Below, one piece after another: positions 33,482-44,196 of a DNA stretch of 58,579 nucleotides. The position numbers and the translations under genes were made by a program. The DNA lies in the IMG/VR virus record IMGVR_UViG_3300042197_001846, positions 1 through 58,579 of that record. One strand, 5' to 3'. The stretch comes from a virus. Its lineage: Duplodnaviria > Caudoviricetes. How positions within the stretch are numbered: the first letter of the stretch is position 1; every line of letters starts with the position of its first letter. The notes beneath the pieces are model-generated. The model had not been told where the DNA came from and made no database searches. It saw only the letters and a list, made by a program, of their open reading frames with translations.

Positions 33482-35137
33482 TTAAGCAAAATACTTAATA
33501 ACGATTTCGTTATCTTTGATAATGTCAAATTTACCGTTATCATGCCCTTGAGCAGTAAAATTAACAGTAGTTGTAATTACAGACTCAGCATTAACTGTAG
33601 GTATAGTTAATACAGCAGCAGGCATTTGTAGTAAAACTTTTGTAGCATTATTAATACCGCCAATTTCTATTTGTAAAAAGAATTCAGGGTCACTATCACT
33701 ATTTACTTGTGAAATTAAATCACTAAATAGATTAGCACTATATCTATTAGTATTATTAGTTGCATCACCAGTACGTAAATAAGCTGTCAAACTACCAGTT
33801 ATGCTTCTACTACCAGTAAAATATGCAATTGGTTGATTAATAGCACCCATATAAGCCGGTGTTAGATAAGTAATATTATTTGTTAGTGTAATACTACCAC
33901 CAGTTAATGGCATTGTATATTGTTTTACGTCTGAATCTGCGTTAATTGTGCCGAGATAATTAGGGCTGCTACCTTCTGTACCAATTTTAGTAGCTAATGT
34001 AATTGTGCTTAATTTATTAGCAATAAATGGTGAATCAAATAGTTTTCCTCTGAAGGTGCCTTGTAATTGATTAGTAACGACACCAGTTGTACCTATAGTA
34101 CCTGTTCCACCACTAGTAGCTGCGGCAGCAAATCCACTAGGTGTATCTATACGTACAACGCGCCTAGCTTGACCACTCCACTGAATTGTAGCAATAGCGT
34201 CTATTCCAAAATCAATAGTGGCAGTATTCAGTGAACAATCGTGTAATAAAAATGTATTTTGATCAAATACTACAATTAATCCAAAACGCTGTAATTGATG
34301 ACTATTAGAGTTTGTTAATATTAAAGTGGCTGGATCTGATCCGCCTGCCGTACTGTCTTTCCAAGCACCTACTCCAGTTGGCCTTGTATTTATCATATTT
34401 GACGATGGAGTACCTGCTTGATCAGGACTAAACATTGCGTTCCAAAGTACATTTTCTTCGCAAGTAATTGCTGTAGGTGTACCAGTAGAAGCGAGAGTAA
34501 TATCAAAAGTAATAGCTGTGGCTGCTTCAGCACCACTATCAGGATCAAATACAGTAGCTGTAAGCGTATCTCCTGTTGAATAACCTTTGCCGCCATCAGC
34601 AATACCAAATCCAACTAATTTATTATAAGTCGCTGTAAGTAAAGGATCTGTACCAAATACAGGATATAAAACTGCTGCACGTGTATTTGCACCTGCTGGA
34701 GCTGCACAAATTACTTGAGTATTAGGACCATAATCGCTGGCAATTGCAGCGGTAGTCGTGTTTAAAGCGGTTTGACTTGGTGGTGATGCAACGTTCCATG
34801 CAATCATAGCAGTACCACCGTAACTTGGAGTTAGCACCGTTATAGCTCCAGCAGTACCAACTTGAGCTGGACGCATGTATGTACTAAAGCTAAAATCTAC
34901 CGGATTAAGTGAAGTATTAAATGTGCGCTGACCACGTACAGGAGCGTTACCTGTTTCATTAACACCAATAGTTTCTACGGCAGTTGTTTGGCTAAAACTA
35001 AGATCGTCTAATACTTGAATTTCAAAAGTATTACTAGGAAGGTGTCCTGTTGTTTTAATTACACCACGGTTTGGGTCTTCTACCTGTATATTAGTAGTAA
35101 AAAATACTTTACTATTACGTAATAAATTAACTGACAT
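33482..35137 (-). CDS. Major tail tube protein (T5 pb6-like)
   Basis: NLLRNSKVF...FSQTT...RG...FN.SLNPVDFSFSTYMRP motif; synteny. Confidence 0.85.
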   Translation of the reverse strand: MSVNLLRNSKVFFTTNIQVEDPNRGVIKTTGHLPSNTFEIQVLDDLSFSQTTAVETIGVNETGNAPVRGQRTFNTSLNPVDFSFSTYMRPAQVGTAGAITVLTPSYGGTAMIAWNVASPPSQTALNTTTAAIASDYGPNTQVICAAPAGANTRAAVLYPVFGTDPLLTATYNKLVGFGIADGGKGYSTGDTLTATVFDPDSGAEAATAITFDITLASTGTPTAITCEENVLWNAMFSPDQAGTPSSNMINTRPTGVGAWKDSTAGGSDPATLILTNSNSHQLQRFGLIVVFDQNTFLLHDCSLNTATIDFGIDAIATIQWSGQARRVVRIDTPSGFAAAATSGGTGTIGTTGVVTNQLQGTFRGKLFDSPFIANKLSTITLATKIGTEGSSPNYLGTINADSDVKQYTMPLTGGSITLTNNITYLTPAYMGAINQPIAYFTGSRSITGSLTAYLRTGDATNNTNRYSANLFSDLISQVNSDSDPEFFLQIEIGGINNATKVLLQMPAAVLTIPTVNAESVITTTVNFTAQGHDNGKFDIIKDNEIVIKYFA

Positions 35138-35218
35138 ATTTATTTCCCTTTAATTAAAGGTATTTGTCCAGCTGTTACGAGATGTTTATCTGTATTTGGC
35201 TGTTCAAAATACGGTTGC

Positions 35219-35659
35219 TTACATGACCTGATAACGGACTTGTAAGTTAATCTCGCCAACTGCATAGGGAGCTAATAGGCCCTCATCCGTAGTTATTGAG
35301 TCTATTAAAATTTCTGTGGTTTCATGGTTATTGTCTGTATCGTATACTAGTCGTCTGTTTAAGTCTATGCAAGTTTCTAAGTCTGCAAGCAATTGTTCTA
35401 GTTGCTCTTGTGCATCTTCTTCGCTTTTACAGTAGACTTTAACACATACTCGTAGTAATCCCCAGGTAAAATCACTAGGAAGATAGTCGCGAGTTTCTGT
35501 GCCAGGACTTAAATAAACGCTGGGAAAATCTTGTATCTCATCCCAAAACTTTAGTTTGGCAAAACTGTTACTGCTTAGGTTAGTTATATATGGTGGATAA
35601 CCATCTATAACCTTAAACTTTTCGGCAAGGGCCGCTACAATCTTTGCTCGTTTGCTCAT
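35219..35659 (-). CDS. Tail terminator (T5 p142-like)
   Basis: KFWDEIQDFPSVY..PG.ETR...SITTDEGLLAPYAVGEI. Confidence 0.8.
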   Translation of the reverse strand: MSKRAKIVAALAEKFKVIDGYPPYITNLSSNSFAKLKFWDEIQDFPSVYLSPGTETRDYLPSDFTWGLLRVCVKVYCKSEEDAQEQLEQLLADLETCIDLNRRLVYDTDNNHETTEILIDSITTDEGLLAPYAVGEINLQVRYQVM

Positions 35660-37431
35660 ACTAGTACGGCCCTTAATCTTGAAATCTTTAGTTGTTGTGC
35701 TACTTCGCGTATTGACTTGGAGATCAATGTTTTAGGATCTCTGCTACGAGGATATTGCTGCTTGCCACCTTGGCTAAACGTAGCATATGGATTACGCATG
35801 TAATTATAGAATGCAGTTACAGTACCTTCACGACTTTGCGTTAGTCGCTCTACTTGTACACTTTCTGCAAATCTGCCACTCCGTAGGTTGAGTACATCCT
35901 TGCGAGTTCCAGTACCCATATTTTGTTTCACAGTTTGAGCAAGATTGATATTCAATAAATTTTGCAAACTTAACAAGTCTACTTCTTGCTGCAACTTTTG
36001 TTCTTGTACTGTTTTGCTCTTGGGTATTCTAGTAGCTTTTGATTTTAAGGTTGTAGTAGGTAATTTTACCTTTTTAACCGCACCTTTATTAAGGTTTAAT
36101 TTAACTATATTCTCTGCTGTAACAGAAGCTTCTGCTTTCTTACTAGTAGCTTTACTACTAGTTTTAAACTTACCTGTTTTTAATAATTCTACAAAACCTA
36201 CCTCTAGCGATTGAATAAGTGTTGGTGAAAACTTTAAGCCAGTTACTAGTCTACGTAAGTTGTCTGCACTTAGCACACGATCTATTAAACTACTTCGTAA
36301 TTTTCTGTAAGTAGTACCAAATAAATTTTGTATAATTTGATCAGCTGCTTGTGTTTCACCTTGTAGTATAGTTTTATTAGTCTTAACTGTCATTGGCACA
36401 ACTACTGCTAGTTGAGCTTGCATAAGAGTTTTTATTTGCGGTGAAACTTGTTTAGAAAATTGTACGCTGTAGTTTATTTGTCCACTAGTATTAACAAAAC
36501 CCTTTATAATATCTGTGCCATTTTGTGGCTCGCTAGATTGAGCTGCTAACAACATTATCTGTTGTATCCACGGACTTATAAAACCAACTATTTCAACTGC
36601 TCCAGTTTCTGGATCTGTACTTTTAGCACCAGTATGACCAAATACAACAATTTCACCTATTGTAAATGCGCGATTAATATCAGCAGCAGGTGTATTTTTA
36701 TTGATCTTTGATTTATCTGTGCTTTTTTCTGCTAAAAATATACCACTACTACTAAAACTTTCTCTAATGATTGGTGTAAGTACGCTGTTTACTGCGCTAC
36801 GCAGTGTGGCAAAAGTAGCACCAAGAAATATTTCTTGTGTAGATTCGTTAAAGTTTTCTACTATGCTACCAGCATTTTTTAATTTGCAGGGAGTTTTTCT
36901 TGCAAATTCTGTTCTAATAGCTCTGCCTGCAGCTGTAACTCTATATCTTGCTTTGCCAGTAGCTGCTGCATCACCCGCTTGTATGCCTGGCATAAATGCG
37001 GCTAGACCACTATTAAGACTATTAAAAGCTCTGCTAACAATATCACTAAACTCTTCTAGTGTATGTTGTTTTGTGGCTATTTTACTAGTTATCTGCTTAA
37101 TATCTATTTGTGGTGGTCTATATGAATTTAGTAGTGATTGTAGCTCACTTTCAAAATCCAGATCATCACGGCGTATGCCACCAGCTAAACTTTCTATAAA
37201 TTGTCTAGTGCTGCTCTCTGGATTACGTAGTTCTTGTACGAAATCTTGACATGCTTGCTGATATACTTGTGTATCTAATACTATTAGTGCAGGGGTTGCA
37301 TTTTCTATCACATCGCGTAAATCATCGTTGGCTTTACGCAAAAATTCATTTATTTTAGCCTGCGATGTTTTTGGCAGTTTAGTAGCTTTTCTATAACCAC
37401 TTATAAAGGATAGGAATTGTCCTGCATCCAT
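35656..37431 (-). CDS. Tail completion protein (T5 p143-like C-terminus) with long N-terminal extension
   Basis: LNLRSGRFAES...YNYMRNPYATF...RDPKTLISKSIREVA at the C-terminus; synteny. Confidence 0.65.
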   Translation of the reverse strand: MDAGQFLSFISGYRKATKLPKTSQAKINEFLRKANDDLRDVIENATPALIVLDTQVYQQACQDFVQELRNPESSTRQFIESLAGGIRRDDLDFESELQSLLNSYRPPQIDIKQITSKIATKQHTLEEFSDIVSRAFNSLNSGLAAFMPGIQAGDAAATGKARYRVTAAGRAIRTEFARKTPCKLKNAGSIVENFNESTQEIFLGATFATLRSAVNSVLTPIIRESFSSSGIFLAEKSTDKSKINKNTPAADINRAFTIGEIVVFGHTGAKSTDPETGAVEIVGFISPWIQQIMLLAAQSSEPQNGTDIIKGFVNTSGQINYSVQFSKQVSPQIKTLMQAQLAVVVPMTVKTNKTILQGETQAADQIIQNLFGTTYRKLRSSLIDRVLSADNLRRLVTGLKFSPTLIQSLEVGFVELLKTGKFKTSSKATSKKAEASVTAENIVKLNLNKGAVKKVKLPTTTLKSKATRIPKSKTVQEQKLQQEVDLLSLQNLLNINLAQTVKQNMGTGTRKDVLNLRSGRFAESVQVERLTQSREGTVTAFYNYMRNPYATFSQGGKQQYPRSRDPKTLISKSIREVAQQLKISRLRAVLV

Positions 37432-37994
37432 TACGCATAGTCCGCCATATATTGATCTAGTACGCGTTTAATATGTGCTGGAAAGTTTGTAGTAGATACA
37501 TACTGTATTTGTGTTACGTTAGGCGTAACATCGCGATTTACATGCACAGCACTATTATTCTTACTATAGTATTCTACAAGATCCATGGCAGCAAGTTTTA
37601 AATCTTCTGGTGTTTCTTCGTAACCACCTAAATAGGTAACTTGATAGCCTCGTATATATGGTTTAAACACTGCATCTTTAATACTGCGAATATTATTGCC
37701 GTCTAGTACCCAGTCTACATATTGACTGATTACAGTATAACTTTGTCCAAAGTCTATGCTACGTTCTACATATAAGACTTCTCTAACTGGTGTTTCATTT
37801 AATATAAAGGTGTTAAATCCACCCTCAAACGTCTCTACTTTAGGATCGTCATAGTTGTCTATAAAACTTCTACGGCAATAAGTTTTTATAAGACTACTAA
37901 CCTTAGGAATAAGTAAATCAATCTCTTGATCCTTATTACTACTAGTAATTCCTAAGTAATTCTTATACTCATTTCTAGTAATTAAGTCAGCCAT
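37431..37994 (-). CDS. Head completion/head-tail adaptor protein
   Basis: LITRNEYK.YLG...VTY.GGYE..PEDLKLA; follows the capsid gene. Confidence 0.8.
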   Translation of the reverse strand: MADLITRNEYKNYLGITSSNKDQEIDLLIPKVSSLIKTYCRRSFIDNYDDPKVETFEGGFNTFILNETPVREVLYVERSIDFGQSYTVISQYVDWVLDGNNIRSIKDAVFKPYIRGYQVTYLGGYEETPEDLKLAAMDLVEYYSKNNSAVHVNRDVTPNVTQIQYVSTTNFPAHIKRVLDQYMADYA

Positions 37995-38075
37995 ATAAAA
38001 ACTCCATGTGTCTCTAAAACCCGACTATATCGGGCTTTAGAGACAGGACTCTTGCGAATCCTGCCTTAAGCTTAA

Positions 38076-40112
38076 TTAAGCGTAACGAACTGCTACTACG
38101 CCACTACCTTCATTGCTTGTTAGGCGGGTCATACCAACACGTAAGCTAGCTACTAGAACACGACGCTGATTTACTACTTCATCATCTGTGTCCATGCGCA
38201 TTGCACGATGGTTACCAACAATAAAGTTACGTGGATTTACTAAGACCATTAGTGGGTCATTAGCAGATGCACCAGTTAACTGTGCTGTAACGATAACAGG
38301 TGTATTACCAATGCTACCGATTTGACCAGTTAATAGTGTAGCACGATCGCCTACTTTATCAATTGTTTGGAAGGTGCTGTCTGCTAGTAGATCATAATAA
38401 GCTGTTGTACTTACAAATGCTACTAGTTCTGCTGGATCAAGACCCCAAGCACCTAGACTTTTACGAGCTGCAATAACATTAGCTACTGTTAGTGCACCAC
38501 CTACAGCAACTGTTGGTGAGCTTGTGCCGCTACCGTCATAATAAGCAAGACCATTAATGCCTGCAGCATATGTTGTTGATCCAACATCATTACCGATAAG
38601 CATAGCTTTGTCTAGTGTCTTAGCCATACGACGTACAATAGCGTCACGGATAATAGGTACTAGTGCAATAAGTCCATCTTCCTCTTCTTCAAACGCAACA
38701 TACTCTTTGGTTGCTAGTTTGTTGCTGCTTAGGTCGATTTCTTTTAGCGCATGTGTACGAACATCACCGCTGCTAACGCCTGTGTCAGTAGCAAACTGTG
38801 CATTTGTTACCCAAGTTGCGTTTGCATCTGTGTCTGGGTTAATAGGAATCTTCATAAATGGCTGGCTCATAGCGATTTGACGGATTGTACCGGCAACCAC
38901 TAGTCTACGGCGCATTTCTTCTTCCATGTTTAAGCTAACTTCAGTTTCCCAGTTAGCACCTGGTAGGCGAATCTTGCCACCTGCACCACTGCTGCCTACA
39001 GCACCAGCTGTACCACCGCTAGCATACTTTTGTAGGATTTCGCGACCATACTGTGTTTCTTCTAATGGTCTGCCGGTGATCTTGCTGATAAATACAGCCT
39101 TTTCTTTCTCGGCAAAAGGAACGTCGCCATCTTTTGGCTCGATAAACTGCATACGACTACGCTGTAGTGCATCTAACTCAGCACTCTTGTTTTGTAGTTG
39201 CTCTAGCTCTTTGGCTTTTTCACGAATAGCACTCTCTAAGCCCTCAATCGCACTCTTGTGCTCGTTGGCTTGATCTTCTAGGCGCTTTTCAATGTCGCTT
39301 AGTAGACGCTCTGCACCTGTGTCAACTGTTTGTACAACAGCTGGAGCAGCTGGAGCTACTGCACTAACTGCAGCTTTAATTTTTGCTTGTAGGGCTTCTT
39401 CTTCAGCAACCTTACGCTTAGCTTCTTCAGCAGCCTTTGTTTGTGCTTCTAGCACGGCTTTAGCAGTTTGCTCAGCAGCTTTAGCAGCAGCATCTGCTAG
39501 TAATTTCTCTAATTCCTTTGGATCCATATCCCATTCCTCATTTGTTGTGCTTTTTGCTGCTTTTGGGGTATCTAGCTTTTTAGCTGATTCCTTTGGTGCT
39601 GGTGCAAATTGCTGTTTAAATAACTCAAAATCTGCGGCAGTGTCAAATGCCTTGGCTAAACTAAAAAGTGTGTTTTGGTTTGCAGGTACTGAAACTACAC
39701 TGATTTCATGTAGCTCTAGTTCTTTAACTAAAAACGTTTCGGTAGCATTGTCATAGTCCGCATCACGAACTCTAAATCCTACGCTAAATGCACTTAATAT
39801 TCCCTTTTTAATCAGTTTGTATACATCACCCACTTCTCCAGGAATCTGCGCTCGAATCCACAAACCCTGATCTGTTACCTTGTGCTCAATCATTTTACCG
39901 ATTGGCATCTGATGATTGTGATAGGCTAGTATAATTGGATTTTTAAGGTAATTTTTTAATCCACTATTCCATGCTGCCATAGGGATTACGTCACCTTGCC
40001 GATCACGGTCTACTGTGCTAGCATATCCTTCAATAAAAATGCTATCATCAGACTCTGTACTAGCTGTAAACTTACTGCTTAAATAGAGTAATTTATCTAG
40101 CTTTGTATTCAT
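38076..40112 (-). CDS. Fused HK97-type prohead protease, scaffold and major capsid protein
   Basis: IEGYAST..RDRQGD...NPIILAYHNH..PIG...FSVGF...EISVVSVPAN, then a coiled coil, then an HK97-fold capsid; ATG at 40112 preceded by GGAG. Confidence 0.9.
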   Translation of the reverse strand: MNTKLDKLLYLSSKFTASTESDDSIFIEGYASTVDRDRQGDVIPMAAWNSGLKNYLKNPIILAYHNHQMPIGKMIEHKVTDQGLWIRAQIPGEVGDVYKLIKKGILSAFSVGFRVRDADYDNATETFLVKELELHEISVVSVPANQNTLFSLAKAFDTAADFELFKQQFAPAPKESAKKLDTPKAAKSTTNEEWDMDPKELEKLLADAAAKAAEQTAKAVLEAQTKAAEEAKRKVAEEEALQAKIKAAVSAVAPAAPAVVQTVDTGAERLLSDIEKRLEDQANEHKSAIEGLESAIREKAKELEQLQNKSAELDALQRSRMQFIEPKDGDVPFAEKEKAVFISKITGRPLEETQYGREILQKYASGGTAGAVGSSGAGGKIRLPGANWETEVSLNMEEEMRRRLVVAGTIRQIAMSQPFMKIPINPDTDANATWVTNAQFATDTGVSSGDVRTHALKEIDLSSNKLATKEYVAFEEEEDGLIALVPIIRDAIVRRMAKTLDKAMLIGNDVGSTTYAAGINGLAYYDGSGTSSPTVAVGGALTVANVIAARKSLGAWGLDPAELVAFVSTTAYYDLLADSTFQTIDKVGDRATLLTGQIGSIGNTPVIVTAQLTGASANDPLMVLVNPRNFIVGNHRAMRMDTDDEVVNQRRVLVASLRVGMTRLTSNEGSGVVAVRYA

Positions 40113-40113
40113 A

Positions 40114-41301
40114 TTACTCCTTTGTCGTACTAGGCCTACCACCTATCGATGGATTGGCTGCTGAACCTGCTATATTAGCAGGTATTCTTATAGTATCGCC
40201 ACCTTCTAGTTTGGCGTACCTTAATTCTTCACGGGCCTCATTAGGCGTTATAATTCCACCATTTACCAGTGTGCTGTGGTAGCTGGCCACATCTTTAAGC
40301 TCTGGCTGCAGTGCACTAATTGTACTAATTACAGGACTTAGGTCATAGCCAAAATATCGCTCTAGTGCACTGTTGTAGAGTCTAACTAGTGGTAATACGG
40401 TTTCTAGGTAGAATAGCCGCAAATTAGGCGAAATGTTTGCATTATTGCCACCTTGCAATAATATAGGCGGAATGCCTATAGCACTCATTATACGCTCACT
40501 GTGCGTGCGCATGGCTACGTCAAAATCTAGGTCACTGAAGTTTTGATCTGACAATTTATGCGGCTTCAGTCCACTATCAAGGATAATAGGTCGCTTTCCA
40601 CCCGACTTACTATTATAGCGCTGCTGCCAGTACTGTAATGTTTTCTCTTTAGCAGCTTGCGACAGTGTATTTTCTGATGTAAGCACTAGTCCAAATATAG
40701 TGCCATTGTCAAAGAACTTTTGCTGAAACTCCTGCATGCTGTAGAGTATGCTAATATTTTCCATGCAAGCTTCTAGCCTGCTAGCACCGCGATAGATGCT
40801 ATCAGCTGATAGGTCTTTAAAGTAAAATACCTCAGCTTCAGGAAAGTTTACCACTCCATTATAGCGATAGCCGCGTATGTATGTTTTACTATCAGTAATA
40901 ATTTCCACATTATTAGCTGGCAGGTGGTACATAAATACACCATCAAAGTGTATGAACGCATTGCCGTCTAACAATATATCCTTAAACAGCGCACTGCGAA
41001 AATCAACAGCTGACTGATAAGGATTAGGTCTAAAATTAAGTAGTGTTGTTAATGTCTTTTGACGTATGCCATTAACAACACCTTCGTGTACTTTATCTTT
41101 TACATCATAGTCTAAGCTAGCACAAGCATTGACCAGCATGTTAACAGATCTGTTAACACTGTCTATGGTCTTATAAGCTGTGCGAAAATTAACTATGCGG
41201 GCCTCACTGCCTATGTGAGTGCCTTCATCTAAGTGTATGCTTGTTTGGGCTGGATTTAGTTTTTCAACCACCCAACCACGTAATCTGTCCATTATTGCCA
41301 C
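40114..41301 (-). CDS. Portal protein (HK97 family, T5-like)
   Basis: LLN.RPNPYQS...DGNAF...GIITPNEARE. Confidence 0.92.
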   Translation of the reverse strand: MAIMDRLRGWVVEKLNPAQTSIHLDEGTHIGSEARIVNFRTAYKTIDSVNRSVNMLVNACASLDYDVKDKVHEGVVNGIRQKTLTTLLNFRPNPYQSAVDFRSALFKDILLDGNAFIHFDGVFMYHLPANNVEIITDSKTYIRGYRYNGVVNFPEAEVFYFKDLSADSIYRGASRLEACMENISILYSMQEFQQKFFDNGTIFGLVLTSENTLSQAAKEKTLQYWQQRYNSKSGGKRPIILDSGLKPHKLSDQNFSDLDFDVAMRTHSERIMSAIGIPPILLQGGNNANISPNLRLFYLETVLPLVRLYNSALERYFGYDLSPVISTISALQPELKDVASYHSTLVNGGIITPNEAREELRYAKLEGGDTIRIPANIAGSAANPSIGGRPSTTKE

Positions 41302-41310
41302 TATAATCCC

Positions 41311-41730
41311 CTAGGTAAATTTGGTGAAAAATCCACTGGACTTTTCAACCACACCACCAACAAGTTTGGCACGCTGAGTTTCAATCCAAGACTTTTGCTT
41401 GGGCACACTAGCTACACTAGGGATTTTACCATAAACACTGTGCAGCATTACATGGTGTCGGTTGCACAGTGTGTACACCAGCTCATATAATTCTACATAA
41501 TGCTCACTAATAAACTCATCTCGAACTGCTAGAATACCACTATCAGTACTAATATCATAACCTAGGCTATCTGCCCACGCATATAACAGGTTAGTTATAC
41601 TGTGCAGGTGGTGTAACTCAAGATCACCCGTACCACCGCAAATATAGCAACTGCCTTGTTTGACATAGGCTGCTTTAGCCTTGTCGCGTACCCATTTTAC
41701 TGCAATACGATTATTTGTATTTTTTGCCAT
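41311..41730 (-). CDS. HNH nicking endonuclease (T5-like, between terminase and portal)
   Basis: CYICG...LELHH...TLCNRHH..LH; T5-like synteny. Confidence 0.8.
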   Translation of the reverse strand: MAKNTNNRIAVKWVRDKAKAAYVKQGSCYICGGTGDLELHHLHSITNLLYAWADSLGYDISTDSGILAVRDEFISEHYVELYELVYTLCNRHHVMLHSVYGKIPSVASVPKQKSWIETQRAKLVGGVVEKSSGFFTKFT

Positions 41731-41742
41731 CTTTTAAACACA

Positions 41743-41771
41743 ATTATACCACTAGTGCTACTAAAAGTCAA
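41743..41771 (-). promoter_or_regulatory. sigma70-type promoter TTGACT-N17-TATAAT
   Basis: + strand ATTATA 41743-41748 and AGTCAA 41766-41771. Confidence 0.8.
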
Positions 41772-41790
41772 GTAGCAAAATTTTTTAGGG

Positions 41791-43080
41791 TTAGATTACA
41801 TAACTGTAAAGTGCATAACGCACTGCATCAGCCATGTGACTAAAACGATTATGCTTTGGGCGCTCACGAGTTAATCCCTCACGATCATCCCACTGATATT
41901 GATCTAGCATTGCCAGAACATGTTGACAACTGTGATGAACCTTAAATCTACCTTGCTGCACTAAGGTTTGCACATAGGCAATGCCTGGTAGTACATCTTT
42001 TTTAGCGCGTGTAGTACTTAACTCATAGTTGTAGGCTAGGTCCGCTGCAAATTGTGCAGCTGCACTATCAATAAATATAGTTTCTACCGAATATTGTTCA
42101 ACAAAACGGGTAAAGTGCTCGGCGTGCTCACGTGTAGTGCGCTCCGATTCTAGGTAGTCCTGTATACAATAAAAACAGTCAGTTGCATAATCATAGGTAA
42201 TAGTTACCCAGGCTGTTTCGTCCTTGTAACCTGGATCTAGTCCAGCTATAGTTTCGCCACGTAGATCTGGCAACTCTTCTAGCACATACTCCTGGCGGAA
42301 ACCTTCATAAATCTGACCCAAGTAGCTGGTAAAGCTGGCCATATACTCCTGCTCAAACTCTGCTTTAGGCATGCTGCGGCGTGCTTCCTCCACATCCGAC
42401 TCAGCCATCCTGGTATTTTCAGTATAATCTGCTTGTATACTCACCCACTCGGGAAAGTTGGTATCAAAGCCACGACTAAAAAACTTTGAAAACCAGTTGT
42501 TTTTACCACGCGGTGTACTAATAAATATTGCCTTGCTATTCGGCTTGTCTAGTGTAGGACGTAGCTGTACATTAAATGCTTCCTCACCACGCTCGCTCAG
42601 GGCAGCCTCATCAAATATTATAAGGTCATAACTACGCCCAACTGTACTATCCACTGTACTAATAGATCCCATGCGAATAGTTGAACCATTCGACAATTCG
42701 ATTACTTTGTCCTTAAGATTATCACGTGTTACTTCCAGGTCAAAGTGCTTGATCAATTTACGCTGTAGCTCAAACGAGATTGAACTGAGATTATAGTTTG
42801 GCGATATAATTAACACATTACAGTTGGGCACTAGGGTTACCAGCTGACCTATAACATTGGCTATGTAGGTTTTGCCTAATCGCCTGGCAAGTGCTGCACA
42901 AATAAAACGATATTGTGGGCTGTTGATAGCATTGATCAATGCAATCTGCGGACGATTGATTGTATCGTAGATCCCAAGCAAACGCAGGTAGTTGTCAATA
43001 GGCAGTTTAATAAATCGACGGTCGGCTGGAAACTCGTATATATAATCACACTCTACATCTGTTCTGCTTACTGTTAACAC
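41791..43080 (-). CDS. terL: Terminase large subunit (T5-like)
   Basis: Walker A ARRLGKT, Walker B LIIFDEAA, ISTPRGKN, nuclease motifs GLDPG and HMADAVRY. Confidence 0.95.
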   Translation of the reverse strand: MLTVSRTDVECDYIYEFPADRRFIKLPIDNYLRLLGIYDTINRPQIALINAINSPQYRFICAALARRLGKTYIANVIGQLVTLVPNCNVLIISPNYNLSSISFELQRKLIKHFDLEVTRDNLKDKVIELSNGSTIRMGSISTVDSTVGRSYDLIIFDEAALSERGEEAFNVQLRPTLDKPNSKAIFISTPRGKNNWFSKFFSRGFDTNFPEWVSIQADYTENTRMAESDVEEARRSMPKAEFEQEYMASFTSYLGQIYEGFRQEYVLEELPDLRGETIAGLDPGYKDETAWVTITYDYATDCFYCIQDYLESERTTREHAEHFTRFVEQYSVETIFIDSAAAQFAADLAYNYELSTTRAKKDVLPGIAYVQTLVQQGRFKVHHSCQHVLAMLDQYQWDDREGLTRERPKHNRFSHMADAVRYALYSYVI

Positions 43081-43556
43081 TACACACCTTCACCACTAAT
43101 TAATTTATGTATAAGCTGGCCGTACTTGGTACCATCACCACCTTCATTGATCTGCACGTTAACCTGCTTGCTGGGGCCTGGGCTACCCTGTCGGATCTTC
43201 TCCAGCTGTATTTCACGGTCTAACAAGTCCATGCTCATTTTATGTGATAAGGCTAGTAGTTCGGCAATGTCTTTTGAACTACCTACTCCCGCCTCATCTA
43301 GTTCTTGAAACTTTTGCTTGATTATGGCATCCATGGCTTGACGCATAAGAAAACGGTTGTTGTAGCCGGTGTCAAAGAATACCTGATCAATATAACCACG
43401 TACTTCACGACGAGCTAGTGTGGTTGTTACCAGTTCGGGATCAATGCTTAGTTCATGGGCAACCGCTCTGGCGTCTTGCAGTTGAAGATAGCAGTTGGCA
43501 ATTTCTAGTGCTTCTGGACTTATTTTGATGGTTTCTGCGGGCAGGTGAGTGGTCAT
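43080..43556 (-). CDS. terS: Terminase small subunit (T5-like)
   Basis: ISPE.LEIA.CYLQ...FFDTGYNNR...SSKDI; immediately upstream of terL. Confidence 0.85.
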   Translation of the reverse strand: MTTHLPAETIKISPEALEIANCYLQLQDARAVAHELSIDPELVTTTLARREVRGYIDQVFFDTGYNNRFLMRQAMDAIIKQKFQELDEAGVGSSKDIAELLALSHKMSMDLLDREIQLEKIRQGSPGPSKQVNVQINEGGDGTKYGQLIHKLISGEGV

Positions 43557-43576
43557 GGTTTACTCCAATTTTTATG

Positions 43577-43606
43577 ATTGTAACACTAGTGGTGGTTTAG
43601 GGTCAA
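43577..43606 (-). promoter_or_regulatory. Putative terminase promoter TTGACC-N18-TACAAT overlapping a TGACCCTAAACC motif
   Basis: + strand ATTGTA 43577-43582 and GGTCAA 43601-43606. Confidence 0.55.
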
Positions 43607-43775
43607 GCATAGATTTTGGCACCTTAGCTTGTTTGGAAAAATTTCTTGAAGTACGCGTGTGGGAGGGCCCACCGCTATAGATTATATAATAGTCTGATAA
43701 CCGCCCCTGTCCACCTAAGTATAGCAGTAATCTTTCGGTTTTGTCAACTGCCACTCGTCGGCTGACAAACGGTAC

Positions 43776-43804
43776 TTGCTACTGCTGCTCGATAGACCTA
43801 TAAT
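43776..43804 (+). promoter_or_regulatory. Pre-early promoter TTGCTA-N17-TATAAT
   Basis: Directly upstream of the AGGAG RBS and the ATG at 43837. Confidence 0.7.
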
Positions 43805-43836
43805 AAAAACTCGATAAACAAACAGGAGTAGCTGAA

Positions 43837-44163
43837 ATGGCAACAGCCAAAGCCCCTAATTATAGCCCTGAGCAAACTGCTCAGATTGTAGAACAATACC
43901 AAGCCGGTGTTACGGTTGAGCAGATTGCCCAGACTATGGGCAGGACTGTTCGCTCAATTGTAGCGAAGCTCAGTCGTGAAAAGGTTTATATCGCTAAAGA
44001 ATATAAAACCAAGAACGGTGAAGCTCCCGTGAAAAAGGATGTTCACGCCGACTTCATCGGTGCTGCTCTCAAGCTCAGCGAGAACGATATAGAATCGTTA
44101 ACGAAGGCTAACAAGAGCGCACTTCGCGCAATCTCGGATTTTATCCGTAACTCTGCCAACTAG
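43837..44163 (+). CDS. T5 A2-like DNA-binding protein, copy 1
   Basis: NY.PEQT...Y.AG..VEQIA..MG.TVRSIVAKLSREKVY...SLTKANK; resembles T5 A2 (from memory); first gene after terS. Confidence 0.7.
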   Translation: MATAKAPNYSPEQTAQIVEQYQAGVTVEQIAQTMGRTVRSIVAKLSREKVYIAKEYKTKNGEAPVKKDVHADFIGAALKLSENDIESLTKANKSALRAISDFIRNSAN

Positions 44164-44196
44164 GGTATAGGGGGCGCAAGCCCCTATATAAATGTT

